Shown here: piece by piece, positions 17,602 through 27,015 of the stretch | How the letters are laid out: each line of letters starts with the position of its first letter | How positions within the stretch are numbered: the stretch's first letter is position 1 | Assembly (NCBI GenBank): GCA_965203805.1 | Contig: OZ241917.1 | Location: 896,001 to 960,000 of the forward strand | From: Candidatus Latescibacterota bacterium | GTDB lineage: Bacteria > Latescibacterota > UBA2968 > GCA-2709665 | DNA: 64,000 bases | Direction: 5' to 3' | Program-made: the position numbers and the translations under genes | Notes under the pieces: model-generated | Told to the model about the DNA's origin: nothing | Databases searched by the model: none | The model's input: only the letters and a program-made list of their open reading frames with translations

Positions 17602-18540
17602 TCAGCGGCGGTATTCCGCCAGCCGGTCCAGAACGACCACAAGCGCGAAACCCGCGATGGCCAGTCCCGCGGCGGCGGCCAAATCACCGTCGATCGTTCC
17701 GGGCAGGACGTTTATCTCCGCGAGCGGTACTTCAATTCCGTTCGCGTCCGGATGCGGCATGACGTTCTCTTTCCAGGGCCAGATCTTCCGCAATGAACCG
17801 GCCATGAACCCTGTCAGCGTTGCGATAGTCAGGTCATGCTGCCGCCTGAAGATCCAGGCAAGAACCCTCGCGAAACTCAGAATTCCGACCGCGGCTCCCG
17901 CAGCGAATACGACGATGGGGACAATGTCCCGGTTGTTCAACGCCGCCAGGAAATATTCGTACTTGCCCAGCAGCACCAGAATGAACGATCCGGAGATGCC
18001 AGGCAGAATCATCGCCGAAATGGCCACAACCCCGCAGACGAAGAGAAACCACGGAGAATCCGGCGTCGTCACCGGCACGAGGCCGGCAACAACGTAGAAT
18101 AACATTCCCGCGGCAAGCGCGGCGATCCAGGTTGGTCCACGCCACGCCACAACCCGTTTCCTCACGACGAATACGGAGGCGACCACGAGCCCGAAGAAAA
18201 ACGCCCAGATCAACTCCGGACGATGTTGGAGCATCCACTGAATCCCGCGTGCAAGTGTCACCACGGCCAACAGGATGCCAATGAGAACCGTGCCCAGGAA
18301 TCGCCATGGAATCCTGTTGAACGCTTCGCGGAACTTGAGAACAAACAGCAATCTGGCAAAACGACGATCAACGGAACGGATTGAATGGATCAGCTCCTGG
18401 TAAATTCCCGTAACGAACGCGATTGTGCCGCCTGAAACGCCGGGAACCACATCGGCCGCGCCCATACATACGCCCCGCAGGCCGAGTCCGAGATAGTACC
18501 TCCAGCCCGCACGCGCAAATGTGTGTCCGTTACCTTCCAC
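17602..18540 (-). CDS. DUF368 membrane protein (family implicated in undecaprenyl-phosphate translocation)
   Basis: MGAADVVPGVSGGTIAFVTGIY and AMILPGISGSFILVLLGKY repeated motifs. Confidence 0.92.
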   Translation of the reverse strand: MEGNGHTFARAGWRYYLGLGLRGVCMGAADVVPGVSGGTIAFVTGIYQELIHSIRSVDRRFARLLFVLKFREAFNRIPWRFLGTVLIGILLAVVTLARGIQWMLQHRPELIWAFFFGLVVASVFVVRKRVVAWRGPTWIAALAAGMLFYVVAGLVPVTTPDSPWFLFVCGVVAISAMILPGISGSFILVLLGKYEYFLAALNNRDIVPIVVFAAGAAVGILSFARVLAWIFRRQHDLTIATLTGFMAGSLRKIWPWKENVMPHPDANGIEVPLAEINVLPGTIDGDLAAAAGLAIAGFALVVVLDRLAEYRR

Positions 18541-18653
18541 CTGTTCCTGGCCTCAAGGAATCCGCCGTTCCAGTTTCGAGAATTTCAGGCTATTCGACAA
18601 TGAAAGGGCGGCGGCCCATGGGCTCCCCGTAGGGCAACACGGTTCGCCACGCG

Positions 18654-18694
18654 AAAAACAGGGACTCACGATCCAGGTCGTAAGTCCCTGTTTA
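18654..18694 (-). terminator. Terminator after tRNA-Pro(GGG)
   Basis: AAACAGGGACT...AGTCCCTGTTT inverted repeat abutting the CCA end. Confidence 0.7.
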
Positions 18695-18771
18695 TGGTCG
18701 GAGCGACTGGATTTGAACCAGCGACCCCTATCACCCCAAGATAGTGCGCTACCGGGCTGCGCCACGCTCCG
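18695..18771 (-). tRNA. tRNA-Pro (anticodon GGG)
   Basis: CGGAGCGTGGCGCAGCCCGGTAGCGCACTATCTTGGGGTGATAGGGGTCGCTGGTTCAAATCCAGTCGCTCCGACCA. Confidence 0.97.
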
Positions 18772-18799
18772 ATCTCAACTCGTTTCGCAACGAGGCGAA

Positions 18800-18828
18800 A
18801 ATCTAACGGGTCTTGCCATTTCCGTCAA
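18800..18828 (-). promoter_or_regulatory. Sigma70-type promoter of tRNA-Pro(GGG)
   Basis: Minus strand TTGACG-17 nt-TAGATT, about 30 nt upstream of the tRNA. Confidence 0.65.
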
Positions 18829-18977
18829 GGGAAATGTTGCGCGTGAAGACCGGGCGCCCCGACCCGGCGTCGCGTCCGGGACGCCAGAGTCCCGAAAAGG
18901 GAACTTGCTGCAGGGCACAGTCCCGAGAACATTCGACCGACCGTCAGCCTGTTTCCGGAACAGCGCCTCAGCGCATC

Positions 18978-20255
18978 TCACTCGGTCTTGTAATAGAGCG
19001 AGTTATAGTACCGTTCGGCAATGACCTTGCACAGGATATTCACAACGGCCGCCCCGGGTATCGCGATGAGCATGCCAATGAATCCCCAGAAGTGGGCGCC
19101 GACAACCAGCGCGGCCATTACCCACACCGGATGCAGCCCTACGCGCTGCCCAACCACGCGTGGAGACAGGAAGTTGCCCTCGATACCCTGAACGACGACG
19201 AATACGCCAATGACCTTGAACAGGCTGCCGATCGGGTCCACGTCTGACAGCGCAACCATACACGAAACGCTGAATGCAACCGCAATTCCTATGTAGGGAA
19301 TCAGATTGAAGAGCCCTGCCATGAGTCCCAACAAGACAGCATATCGGATTCCGAATACCGTTAGACCGGTGGCCGTGAGCACTGCGATAAAGGTGCAGAC
19401 CAGCACCTGCCCGCGCAGGTATTGGCCCAGAACTTCGTCGACCCTCGTGAGTAACTCGCCGGCGGATGCGGCGTGTCGGCGGGGAAGAATCCGCGCCAGG
19501 GTGTGTTTTATGCGCTCGTAGTCCTTAATCATATAAAAGGTCACGAAGGGGATCATCAGAAGTTCCAGGAACGTCGCCAGTCCGGAACTCAATGCCATTA
19601 GCGCAGCCGTCATCTGCTCCGCGAAGAGTTCACCCAACTTCGGCAATTGCTCGAGGAGCACACCTCTGGGCAGCCGCACGCCAAAAGACTGCAACCAGTT
19701 GAGGACTTGATCGTAGAGTGCCTTGAGCATCGCCGCATAGACGGGAACACGACGGCCGAAATCGAGAATTTCCTGCGTCACCCGCGGGATGGCCACAATG
19801 CCGATGCCTGACAGTGCCCCCAGAACAACCACCACGATCAGGGCGATGGCGATCGTTCGGGACATCCAACGCTCCATCAGGCCAACAAGCGGAGACAGCA
19901 AATAAGCCAACACGAACGAGGTAACGAACGGCCAGAATAACCCTGCCATGTCACCCATCAGCCAGGCGCCGAACAGCAAGACCACCACAACCGCCACTCC
20001 CGCTTCGAACCTTACGCCCTTGCTGACCATGACGACGACCGCCAGCAGCGTGAGGCCGATCAGGAACGGGGAAAGGTCCTGGTGGAGCACGTAGAGGAAG
20101 CCAACCAGAAACAAAAGGATGGTCATACGGAAAAACGGCCTGTCACCGGCTAACGCGCCGGATGGCCGTTCGTCCGCGCCCGAACGCTGATCCTCCGCAT
20201 TGCGGCTCGGTTCGTCCCGGCTGTGCCCTTGCTGAGATTTTGATTCCGTTTGCAT
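18978..20255 (-). CDS. AI-2E (PerM/UPF0118) family transporter
   Basis: LAYLLSPLV, YLRGQ, NLIPYIG, EGNFLSPRVVG..VGLHP and WGFIGMLIAIP motifs. Confidence 0.92.
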   Translation of the reverse strand: MQTESKSQQGHSRDEPSRNAEDQRSGADERPSGALAGDRPFFRMTILLFLVGFLYVLHQDLSPFLIGLTLLAVVVMVSKGVRFEAGVAVVVVLLFGAWLMGDMAGLFWPFVTSFVLAYLLSPLVGLMERWMSRTIAIALIVVVVLGALSGIGIVAIPRVTQEILDFGRRVPVYAAMLKALYDQVLNWLQSFGVRLPRGVLLEQLPKLGELFAEQMTAALMALSSGLATFLELLMIPFVTFYMIKDYERIKHTLARILPRRHAASAGELLTRVDEVLGQYLRGQVLVCTFIAVLTATGLTVFGIRYAVLLGLMAGLFNLIPYIGIAVAFSVSCMVALSDVDPIGSLFKVIGVFVVVQGIEGNFLSPRVVGQRVGLHPVWVMAALVVGAHFWGFIGMLIAIPGAAVVNILCKVIAERYYNSLYYKTE

Positions 20256-20276
20256 GTCAATGCCCGCAGCCGGCGT

Positions 20277-21125
20277 CTATTCCCCGGGTGCCTGGTCTTT
20301 CTCCTTCGGCAGGACGAGGAACGTCTCCGACTGGAGGTCAATATTGAAGATACGCAGGTACCGGCTGTGGCGGAGTCCGTCCACTTCACCGATCAGTTCC
20401 AGGACGCCGTCGCTGTCGATATCCAGATAGCCGAGCCGGTCTCCGAATCCGTCGGCGAAATACCACTCCACAAGCAGTGTTTCAAGGTCCACGACCACGC
20501 CCGTATTCAATGCCACCTCGAGCCCGTAGTCGTCGTCGAAGTCCGCGATCACCATGCTTTGAGCGTGAATGGATTCTTTCGGAATCACGTCGCTGATGCC
20601 CTGTTCGTACAGTTCCAGGCAGTCATATACATGGACGTGCATCTCGCTGTGGCCCAACCCCTTGACCAGATAGACGAATTCCAGTTGGGGATCGTCGTCT
20701 ACGTTCGCGATCGCCATGTGGATGATGTCTTCCTGGATCTGCCATATGAAACTGTAGTCCTCCGCGCTGTACAATACGATCCGGGTAAAGGTGTAAGCGA
20801 TAATCTCGACCTCCCCGTCCGCATCGACGTCCTCCACAAACACACCGAGGATGGCCGATCCCAGTGACTCGCTCTTCCACTCCTCGTACCCGCGTCCGTC
20901 GACGTACCTTATCGCATGCAGACTCCCGTCCGCGTCGCCGTAGACGACCCTGGGACTGGTACCTTCACCCGGCGGCAGGATACGAATCTGAGGCAATTCA
21001 TCGATGCTGCCACCCCAGTGGAAATGCCGGTTGCCGCGCAAGCCGTACCAGTCGGGGATCTCGGCCTGCGCCGGCGCCTGCGCCGTCAGCCAGAAGAGCG
21101 CTGCAATCCAGGAGCCGTATCGCAT
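20277..21125 (-). CDS. Secreted FG-GAP/VCBS-repeat protein
   Basis: Signal peptide ending APAQA; DVDADGEVEI, NVDDDPQLEF, DFDDDYGLEV and DIDSDGVLEL Ca-binding-type repeats. Confidence 0.8.
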   Translation of the reverse strand: MRYGSWIAALFWLTAQAPAQAEIPDWYGLRGNRHFHWGGSIDELPQIRILPPGEGTSPRVVYGDADGSLHAIRYVDGRGYEEWKSESLGSAILGVFVEDVDADGEVEIIAYTFTRIVLYSAEDYSFIWQIQEDIIHMAIANVDDDPQLEFVYLVKGLGHSEMHVHVYDCLELYEQGISDVIPKESIHAQSMVIADFDDDYGLEVALNTGVVVDLETLLVEWYFADGFGDRLGYLDIDSDGVLELIGEVDGLRHSRYLRIFNIDLQSETFLVLPKEKDQAPGE

Positions 21126-21127
21126 GT

Positions 21128-22282
21128 CTATCGGTCCTTCAACTCGGAGAGAATTGAAAAAATCTCGGTGTTCGCCCGAATCGCGTCTTCGCCGTCCGGT
21201 ACGGTACGCTGGTGACACGCCAGACACACCTCCCGGAGTTCCAGTTTATGACAACTCGTGCATTCGTTCACATTGCCGTACGGCTCGAAAAACGGCGCTT
21301 CGCGCAAGTGAAAAGCCTCCGCATCGGTGCGCCGCCCCGGGTTTTGATGACCAACCGTGCCGGTAACCCCTTCTCTCTCGTGGCAATCCTGGCAGAATGC
21401 CTTGAGTTTGTGGCATGACGCGCAGTCTCCGATCCTTCCGGAGACTTCCTCTCCATGGTTTCCCCGAAAATCCGATGTGATCGAGATGACCTTAATGTAT
21501 CGCTCGGGCCGCAGACTCTGGTATTCACCGATCAGATCCGGCGTTCCATCGTAATTCACGTCCATGTACCCCATTCGGTCGCATCCGCCGAAGTGCCACT
21601 CGAAGTCGAGGGATCGCGCGTCGATCACGACGCCGGTATTGATGGCGATTTCGAGTTGATCGTCTTCGTCCAGATTGGCGACGACCATGCTCTCGCCGAT
21701 AAGGGTCTGTTCGCCCCTCCGCTCCTCCGCAAGATGCCTTCCGTCGTAAACGAACAGCCGCGAGTCCCGCTCTCCGGAAGCGTCTTCCGCTTCTCCGAGA
21801 AAGATCAACTCCAGCTGCGGATCCCCATCGAGATTCTCAATGGCCATCGTGGAAATCGTGGCGTACTCGTCATCCTTGCTTCGCCAGATCAACTCGTACG
21901 TATCCGCATTGTAAATCACGATATCGCCCCAGTGCGAATAGGCGACGATCTCCTGGATTCCATCGGCATTGACATCCGCAACGAATACCTGCGCCACGGA
22001 TGACTTCAGGGATTGGCCAACCCAGACCTCCCTGGACCGCCCTTCCGTGAACTCGAGCACATGCAAAAGGCCCTGCCGGTCTCCGTAGACCAGACGCTTC
22101 ACCGTATCGGCACCGGCGGGGATGATGCGAACGGTACGCATTTCGGAGAGTGCGCCGCCGAACGCAACGTCCTTTCGCTTCTCCCAGCGGAACCATTCCA
22201 GGTCCCCTGCATGCGCCAGCGTCAGCCCTCCGCACAGACAGGACAGCACCCAGAACAGGTTTCGAGAGAATACGCGCCGCAC
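21128..22282 (-). CDS. Secreted FG-GAP/VCBS-repeat protein with C-terminal four-CxxCH (multiheme c-type) domain
   Basis: GGAGG RBS, GTG start, signal peptide ending LAHA; DVNADG, NLDGDP, NLDEDD, DVNYDG repeats; CASCH, CQDCH, CTSCH, CLACH. Confidence 0.8.
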   Translation of the reverse strand: MRRVFSRNLFWVLSCLCGGLTLAHAGDLEWFRWEKRKDVAFGGALSEMRTVRIIPAGADTVKRLVYGDRQGLLHVLEFTEGRSREVWVGQSLKSSVAQVFVADVNADGIQEIVAYSHWGDIVIYNADTYELIWRSKDDEYATISTMAIENLDGDPQLELIFLGEAEDASGERDSRLFVYDGRHLAEERRGEQTLIGESMVVANLDEDDQLEIAINTGVVIDARSLDFEWHFGGCDRMGYMDVNYDGTPDLIGEYQSLRPERYIKVISITSDFRGNHGEEVSGRIGDCASCHKLKAFCQDCHEREGVTGTVGHQNPGRRTDAEAFHLREAPFFEPYGNVNECTSCHKLELREVCLACHQRTVPDGEDAIRANTEIFSILSELKDR

Positions 22283-22295
22283 GCCGGACCTCCGC

Positions 22296-23201
22296 TCAGA
22301 ACAGGCTGACATCTACGTTGAGATAGCGTTTCGGGTCCTCTTTTATCCCGTTGATGAGGCTGTCTACCGAGGCCAGGGTGCGCCGCAGATCCAGATACAG
22401 GGATTCGTCCTGGACGAGGCGGCCCAGCGTCCCTTCGCCACGGCGCAGCTTCCCGCTCACCTCGTTCAGATCGGACAGAGACGTCCCGAGCGATTCCAAT
22501 ACCGTTTCCATATCGTGCGCTACCCCGTCAAGCCTTTGGGTCATGCGCCGCAAATTCCCGACAGCCTGGCGCACTTCCGGCCTGTTCTCGCCCAGCAGGC
22601 CGCGTGCGTCGCCGGCGGCCATGGCCGCGGTATTCAGAACGGCCGCGAGCGTCTCGCGGTTCTCGGAAAGCGTCTGCTTCAGATGGACGGCGGTACTGTC
22701 CATATTCGCCAGCAGGGCTTCGATGCGGGCGATGTTCCGGTCGGCAAGCACGGCTTCCAGACGCTGCGCCACAGAACCGGCCTGGTCGGCCATCTCTTCA
22801 ATGCCGCCTCCCGACCGTCCCTGCAGCGTGTCGTGATCGGCATAAACCCGCTTGATGTCCGATCCTACCTTGACGTCGATCATTTTGCCCCCCAACAGTC
22901 CCTCGGACTGCAGGAGAACCCTTGAATCTCGCGGAAGACTCCGAATTTCCGCAAAGCCGATACTGACGAGGGGCAACCCGTGAGTAAGTCTGATATCAAG
23001 CACCTTGCCGGCCCAAACGCCGCGGATGAAGACCGGATCGCCGGGTTGCAGCCCGGGTACGCTGTCGAAATACACATGCAACTGATAGCCGCCGGCGGCC
23101 CCCGCGTAATTCTCCGACAGCCAAGCCGCGCCGAGGACGGCAATCGCAATCGCCAGAAAGATGACGGCGCCCAGAACCATCTGTTTTTCTCGACTGATCA
23201 T
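22296..23201 (-). CDS. mlaD: MlaD/MCE-domain protein with long helical C-terminus
   Basis: N-terminal TM, GLQPGDPVFIRGVWAGKV, GLLGGKMI, GEGTLGRLVQDESLY. Confidence 0.9.
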   Translation of the reverse strand: MISREKQMVLGAVIFLAIAIAVLGAAWLSENYAGAAGGYQLHVYFDSVPGLQPGDPVFIRGVWAGKVLDIRLTHGLPLVSIGFAEIRSLPRDSRVLLQSEGLLGGKMIDVKVGSDIKRVYADHDTLQGRSGGGIEEMADQAGSVAQRLEAVLADRNIARIEALLANMDSTAVHLKQTLSENRETLAAVLNTAAMAAGDARGLLGENRPEVRQAVGNLRRMTQRLDGVAHDMETVLESLGTSLSDLNEVSGKLRRGEGTLGRLVQDESLYLDLRRTLASVDSLINGIKEDPKRYLNVDVSLF

Positions 23202-23213
23202 TTGTGACTCGCT

Positions 23214-23957
23214 TCAGATTCTTCCCTGAACGAACATGTCATAGACGTCGTTTCCGCTCCTCTCGATTTCATCGGGAGTCCCTTGAATGGCCGTCTTCCC
23301 GTTGTAGAGCAAGGCGATCCGGTCCGAGATCCTGCGGGCAAGCGGCAGATCATGGGTAACCACAACAGAGGTTACGTCCAGCTCGTTCTGAAGTTTCAAT
23401 ATATAGTCGCCCACGACATTGGCGGTACCCGGATCCAAACCCGTCGTTGGCTCGTCATAGAGAATGAAATCCGGCGACATGGCGATCGCCCTTGCCAGCG
23501 CCGCGCGCTTGCGCATGCCGCCGGACAGTTCGACGGGCATCGTCTGCTCCGACCCTGCGAGCCGGACCGCGTCCAGGCATACGCTCACCCGTTCCTCGAT
23601 CTCCCTCTCCGACATCCGGGTATGCATCCGCAGCCCGAACGCCACGTTCTCCTTGACGTTCATTGAGTCGAACAGCGCCGCGGACTGAAACAGGACACCA
23701 ATGCGTTTGCGCAACTCCTTCAGGTCTCTGTTGTTGATGGAATTCATAACGTGACCGTCCACGGTTACCCGTCCGTGATCGGCCTGTTCGATTCCGATAA
23801 TATGCTTGAGCGTCACACTCTTTCCGCACCCGCTGGGGCCCAGAATGGTGGTGACTTCCCCCCAGCGGACCTCCAGGTCCATTCCCTTGAGGACTTCCAG
23901 ATCGTCGAACCGCTTGTGTACGGCATCAAATCTGACGGCAACGCCATTCGTTGACAT
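23214..23957 (-). CDS. mlaF: MlaF/Mkl-type ABC ATPase
   Basis: GPSGCGKS, LFQSAALFDSMNVKENVAF, LSGGMRKR, LYDEPTTGLDP. Confidence 0.92.
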   Translation of the reverse strand: MSTNGVAVRFDAVHKRFDDLEVLKGMDLEVRWGEVTTILGPSGCGKSVTLKHIIGIEQADHGRVTVDGHVMNSINNRDLKELRKRIGVLFQSAALFDSMNVKENVAFGLRMHTRMSEREIEERVSVCLDAVRLAGSEQTMPVELSGGMRKRAALARAIAMSPDFILYDEPTTGLDPGTANVVGDYILKLQNELDVTSVVVTHDLPLARRISDRIALLYNGKTAIQGTPDEIERSGNDVYDMFVQGRI

Positions 23958-24025
23958 TTCTCATCCCATACGACGAATCTGCAGGACAGGGGGAGCCGCA
24001 TGCGGAATGCAGGAAAAATACGCCA

Positions 24026-24799
24026 TCAATAGAGCAACGTCTTTGTCAGGAAGTAGTCGAGGATCAATATCGATGCCGCCGAAATCACCACTGCCGCCGT
24101 CGCAGCGCGGCCGACGCCCTGCGCCCCGCCGGATGCCGACAGCCCGGCGTACGAACCGTAAAAGGTGATCATCCCCCCGTAGACCACAGACTTGATGAGG
24201 CAGACCACCAGATCGTACGAGCTGAAGTCGAGTTTCATCCCTTTTACAAAATCCGCAACTGTGATATCCATGAGAAGAATAGACATCACAAAACCGGAAG
24301 AGATCGACGTGAACGCGGAGAACACCACCAGCACCGGGATCATGACGATGCCGGCGAGAACGCGGGGCATGAGGAGGTAGCCGACCGGATCCACGGCGAG
24401 AGAAACCAGGGCATCAACCTGCTCGGAAACCTTCATGGTGCCCACTTCCGATGCGATGCCCGCGCCCACCTGCCCCGCCAGCACAAGTCCCATGAGAATC
24501 GGCGCGAGTTCCAGCAACACGGAGCGGACAACGATGCTGCCGACCATGTAGTCCGGGACGTAGTCCTCCATCTGGTAGGCCATCATCGTGGATACGGCCA
24601 TACCGCTGAAAGCCGATACAAGGATCACCAGAGACAACGAATTCACGCCAATCGCGTAACATTGTTCGATGACCTGGCGCCTGTAGAAGTAGACGTTCGG
24701 CAATTCACCGAGAAACCGCCGAAAATACCCTGCCATCGAGTGGGTCAGCAGCAGAAAGCGGGCGGTCTTGATGCCCACGAATTGCAGCAATCGCTTCAC
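24026..24799 (-). CDS. mlaE: MlaE-type ABC permease
   Basis: ELAPILMGLVLAGQVGAGIASEVGTMKVSEQVDAL, YLLMPR, GGAQGVGRA. Confidence 0.93.
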   Translation of the reverse strand: MKRLLQFVGIKTARFLLLTHSMAGYFRRFLGELPNVYFYRRQVIEQCYAIGVNSLSLVILVSAFSGMAVSTMMAYQMEDYVPDYMVGSIVVRSVLLELAPILMGLVLAGQVGAGIASEVGTMKVSEQVDALVSLAVDPVGYLLMPRVLAGIVMIPVLVVFSAFTSISSGFVMSILLMDITVADFVKGMKLDFSSYDLVVCLIKSVVYGGMITFYGSYAGLSASGGAQGVGRAATAAVVISAASILILDYFLTKTLLY

Positions 24800-25124
24800 G
24801 GGATGACTCCGGCAACGGGTTTTGGCGCCGCGCGAAAGCGCGGCTTCGCCACAGGCACTGGCTATCGGACGCAATCGTTCGAGTGCGAAGACGATAACCG
24901 AAGGCCCGCCGGCCGGCGGACAAGAGGCGCCACTCTGTAATTTCGCGCCGGGGCGTCCGGAGAAACCGACAGCCTTTACAGGTTTCGAATCACGCAAGCC
25001 CGCTTGCCATTCGGGAGTTGCTCCCAATGTAACCACTGAATACGGTTGGATCAACGACTTTATGTTTCTCCCGCATCGCCTGCTCCCCGTCCGAAACGAC
25101 GCGCCCGGACGGCCTCCGCAGCAG

Positions 25125-25158
25125 AAAAAAAGCGGGTGGGGAAAACCCCCTAACCCGC
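25125..25158 (-). terminator. Terminator downstream of the sigma factor gene
   Basis: GCGGGT..GGGG-TTTT-CCCCACCCGC stem followed by T7 on the minus strand. Confidence 0.65.
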
Positions 25159-25186
25159 GTATCCTGGCGCTGCTGCCGACTCGGAA

Positions 25187-26056
25187 TCAGACCTGATCCT
25201 GCCATGCCTCTTCCGCGCGAACACGTTGCCTGAAATACCGGCGCAGTTTGCCCAGGGCGCGATTTCGGATCTGGCGTACGCGTTCACGCGTGACCCCCAG
25301 TTCTTTGCCGATCTCTCCGAGTGTCCTCCGGTCTCCTCCTTCCAGGCCGAAATACGATCGGATCACGTTGGCTTCCCGGGTGTCGAGGCTGCCGGCGAGG
25401 GAAGCGCTGATCAGTTCGGTGCGGTCCCGCTCGAGGACCTCCAGATCCGGGTGGGCATCGTCGCAATCGAGCACCTGCAACAGGGTCTTTTCTCCTTCCG
25501 CGTCGATGGGCGATTCAAGCGAGAGGTCCGTCCGTGCGCATCGAAGCGCCCGTTCCGCGCGCTTTCGACTGATCTTCATGTCACTTGCCACTTCGTCGAC
25601 CGTCGGCACCCGCCCCAACTCCTGAGTCATCTGCCCCCATCGTCGGGCCATGCGATCCATGTCCTCCTGCCGGTTGGCTGGCATGGCCACCGCGGAGGTA
25701 CGTTTCAGCGCGTTCAATATCGCCTGACGAATCCACCAGACGGCGTAGCTGATAAACTTGTAACCCCTGGATTCATCAAACCGGTTCAGGGCTTCCATCA
25801 GACCCATGTTTCCTTCTGCAATCAGGTCCGAGAGCGGAACGCCGCGGCCCTGGTACTCGAGGGCAACGCTCACAACAAATCGCAAGTTGGAGGTGACCAG
25901 TCTCTCGATCGCCTTCGGATCGCCCTTCCGGGCGCGCCTGAGGGTGTCCGTCTCCTCCTTGCGCGTCATCGGCGGATACCGGCGCAGTTCCTTAAGGTAT
26001 CGCTGCACGGAGGCGTCATGGGGCGGACGCTTCTTTGTGGGTTCCTGGAAGTTCAC
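25187..26056 (-). CDS. RNA polymerase sigma factor, RpoD/SigA family lacking region 1.1
   Basis: YLKEL, NLRFVVSVA, DLIAEGNMGL, KFISYAVWWIRQAI, TLGEIG..LGVTRERVRQI. Confidence 0.95.
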   Translation of the reverse strand: MNFQEPTKKRPPHDASVQRYLKELRRYPPMTRKEETDTLRRARKGDPKAIERLVTSNLRFVVSVALEYQGRGVPLSDLIAEGNMGLMEALNRFDESRGYKFISYAVWWIRQAILNALKRTSAVAMPANRQEDMDRMARRWGQMTQELGRVPTVDEVASDMKISRKRAERALRCARTDLSLESPIDAEGEKTLLQVLDCDDAHPDLEVLERDRTELISASLAGSLDTREANVIRSYFGLEGGDRRTLGEIGKELGVTRERVRQIRNRALGKLRRYFRQRVRAEEAWQDQV

Positions 26057-26340
26057 GGCGAGGACCCATTCCTCTACAGCCCGTTGATAAAGTCCCTGCG
26101 GGCTACGTCCGGCCTCGCCTGCGGAGCGACTTCTTCAACGGACTGTTAACGGCTGCAAAGGCGCCGCCCGATCTCGCCGGTATTTCCGGCGCGGATGGGG
26201 AACGACGTACGATTGGAACGATTTGCAGGCACGAAAGTTCCACTTTCTTCATTGCGTACCTCGCACCCTCGACCTTTCCGGTCGTCCGGGATTGGTTTTC
26301 AGATTCGAACTGCCCGATTCCTGCGAAACCCCGCCCAAAG

Positions 26341-26377
26341 AAAAAAGCGAGCCATCGAAAAAACGACGGCTCGCCCC
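26341..26377 (-). terminator. Terminator after tRNA-Arg
   Basis: GCGAGCCGTCG...CGATGGCTCGC stem plus T6 on the minus strand. Confidence 0.7.
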
Positions 26378-26386
26378 GAAATGGCA

Positions 26387-26464
26387 TGGTGGGACATACA
26401 GGATTCGAACCTGTGACCTCTGGTTCCGGAGACCAGCGCTCTATCCAGACTGAGCTAATGCCCC
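26387..26464 (-). tRNA. tRNA-Arg (anticodon CCG)
   Basis: GGGGCATTAGCTCAGTCTGGATAGAGCGCTGGTCTCCGGAACCAGAGGTCACAGGTTCGAATCCTGTATGTCCCACCA. Confidence 0.96.
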
Positions 26465-26482
26465 CTGGACTGATGAAATCGA

Positions 26483-26572
26483 TCAGGCCTTCTTGTGGCG
26501 ATCTCTTCTGCGGCGCTTCTTGCGCTTGTGAGTCGCGATCTTGTGACGCTTTCGTTTTCTTCCGCAGGGCAA
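26483..26572 (-). CDS. Small ribosomal protein bS22 (AURKAIP1/COX24-domain), 29 aa
   Basis: AAGGAGG RBS, TTG start; MPCGRKRKRHKIATHKRKKRRRRDRHKKA; below the ORF-track cutoff. Confidence 0.88.
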   Translation of the reverse strand: MPCGRKRKRHKIATHKRKKRRRRDRHKKA

Positions 26573-26615
26573 GTAATGCTCCTCCTTGTCGGGCTATCGA
26601 TGTCGCGGCGCGGGT

Positions 26616-26903
26616 TCAGCCTGCCTGTTCACCCGTGAGGCCCGCCCGCAGCTCCCGTGAAGGCTTGAATACCGGCGCAGGGCGCTCCGGAATCCTGACG
26701 ACGTCGCCCGTCTTGGGATTTCGACCTATCCGGGGTGCCCGGGTCACAACCTTGAACGTCCCAAACCCTCGAATTTCGATGTGCTCGCCATGTTTCAATG
26801 CCGTCACCACCGAGTCGAGGAAACCCTCCACGACAGCCGCCGTATCCGATTTCGGCAACCCCGTGGCCTCTGCAATCTGACTGACGATATCGGCTTTGGT
26901 CAC
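26616..26903 (-). CDS. HU/IHF-family DNA-binding protein
   Basis: MTKADIVSQIA...IEIRGFGTF...GRNPKTGD...PVFKPSREL. Confidence 0.95.
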   Translation of the reverse strand: MTKADIVSQIAEATGLPKSDTAAVVEGFLDSVVTALKHGEHIEIRGFGTFKVVTRAPRIGRNPKTGDVVRIPERPAPVFKPSRELRAGLTGEQAG

Positions 26904-27015
26904 CAAATCCCCTTTCGAAACTGGCTTGTGACTCAACGAACAACAGACCGGTCGATTTGGTCTGGACAAGCCAAAAGGATATAAAAATGACATCGCTTTG
27001 TCAACAAAAATCAGT

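Noticed and set aside
26210-26245. Sigma54 promoter upstream of the sigma factor gene
   Set aside because: GG/GC spacing is 8-9 nt rather than 10, or the -12 reads TTCC
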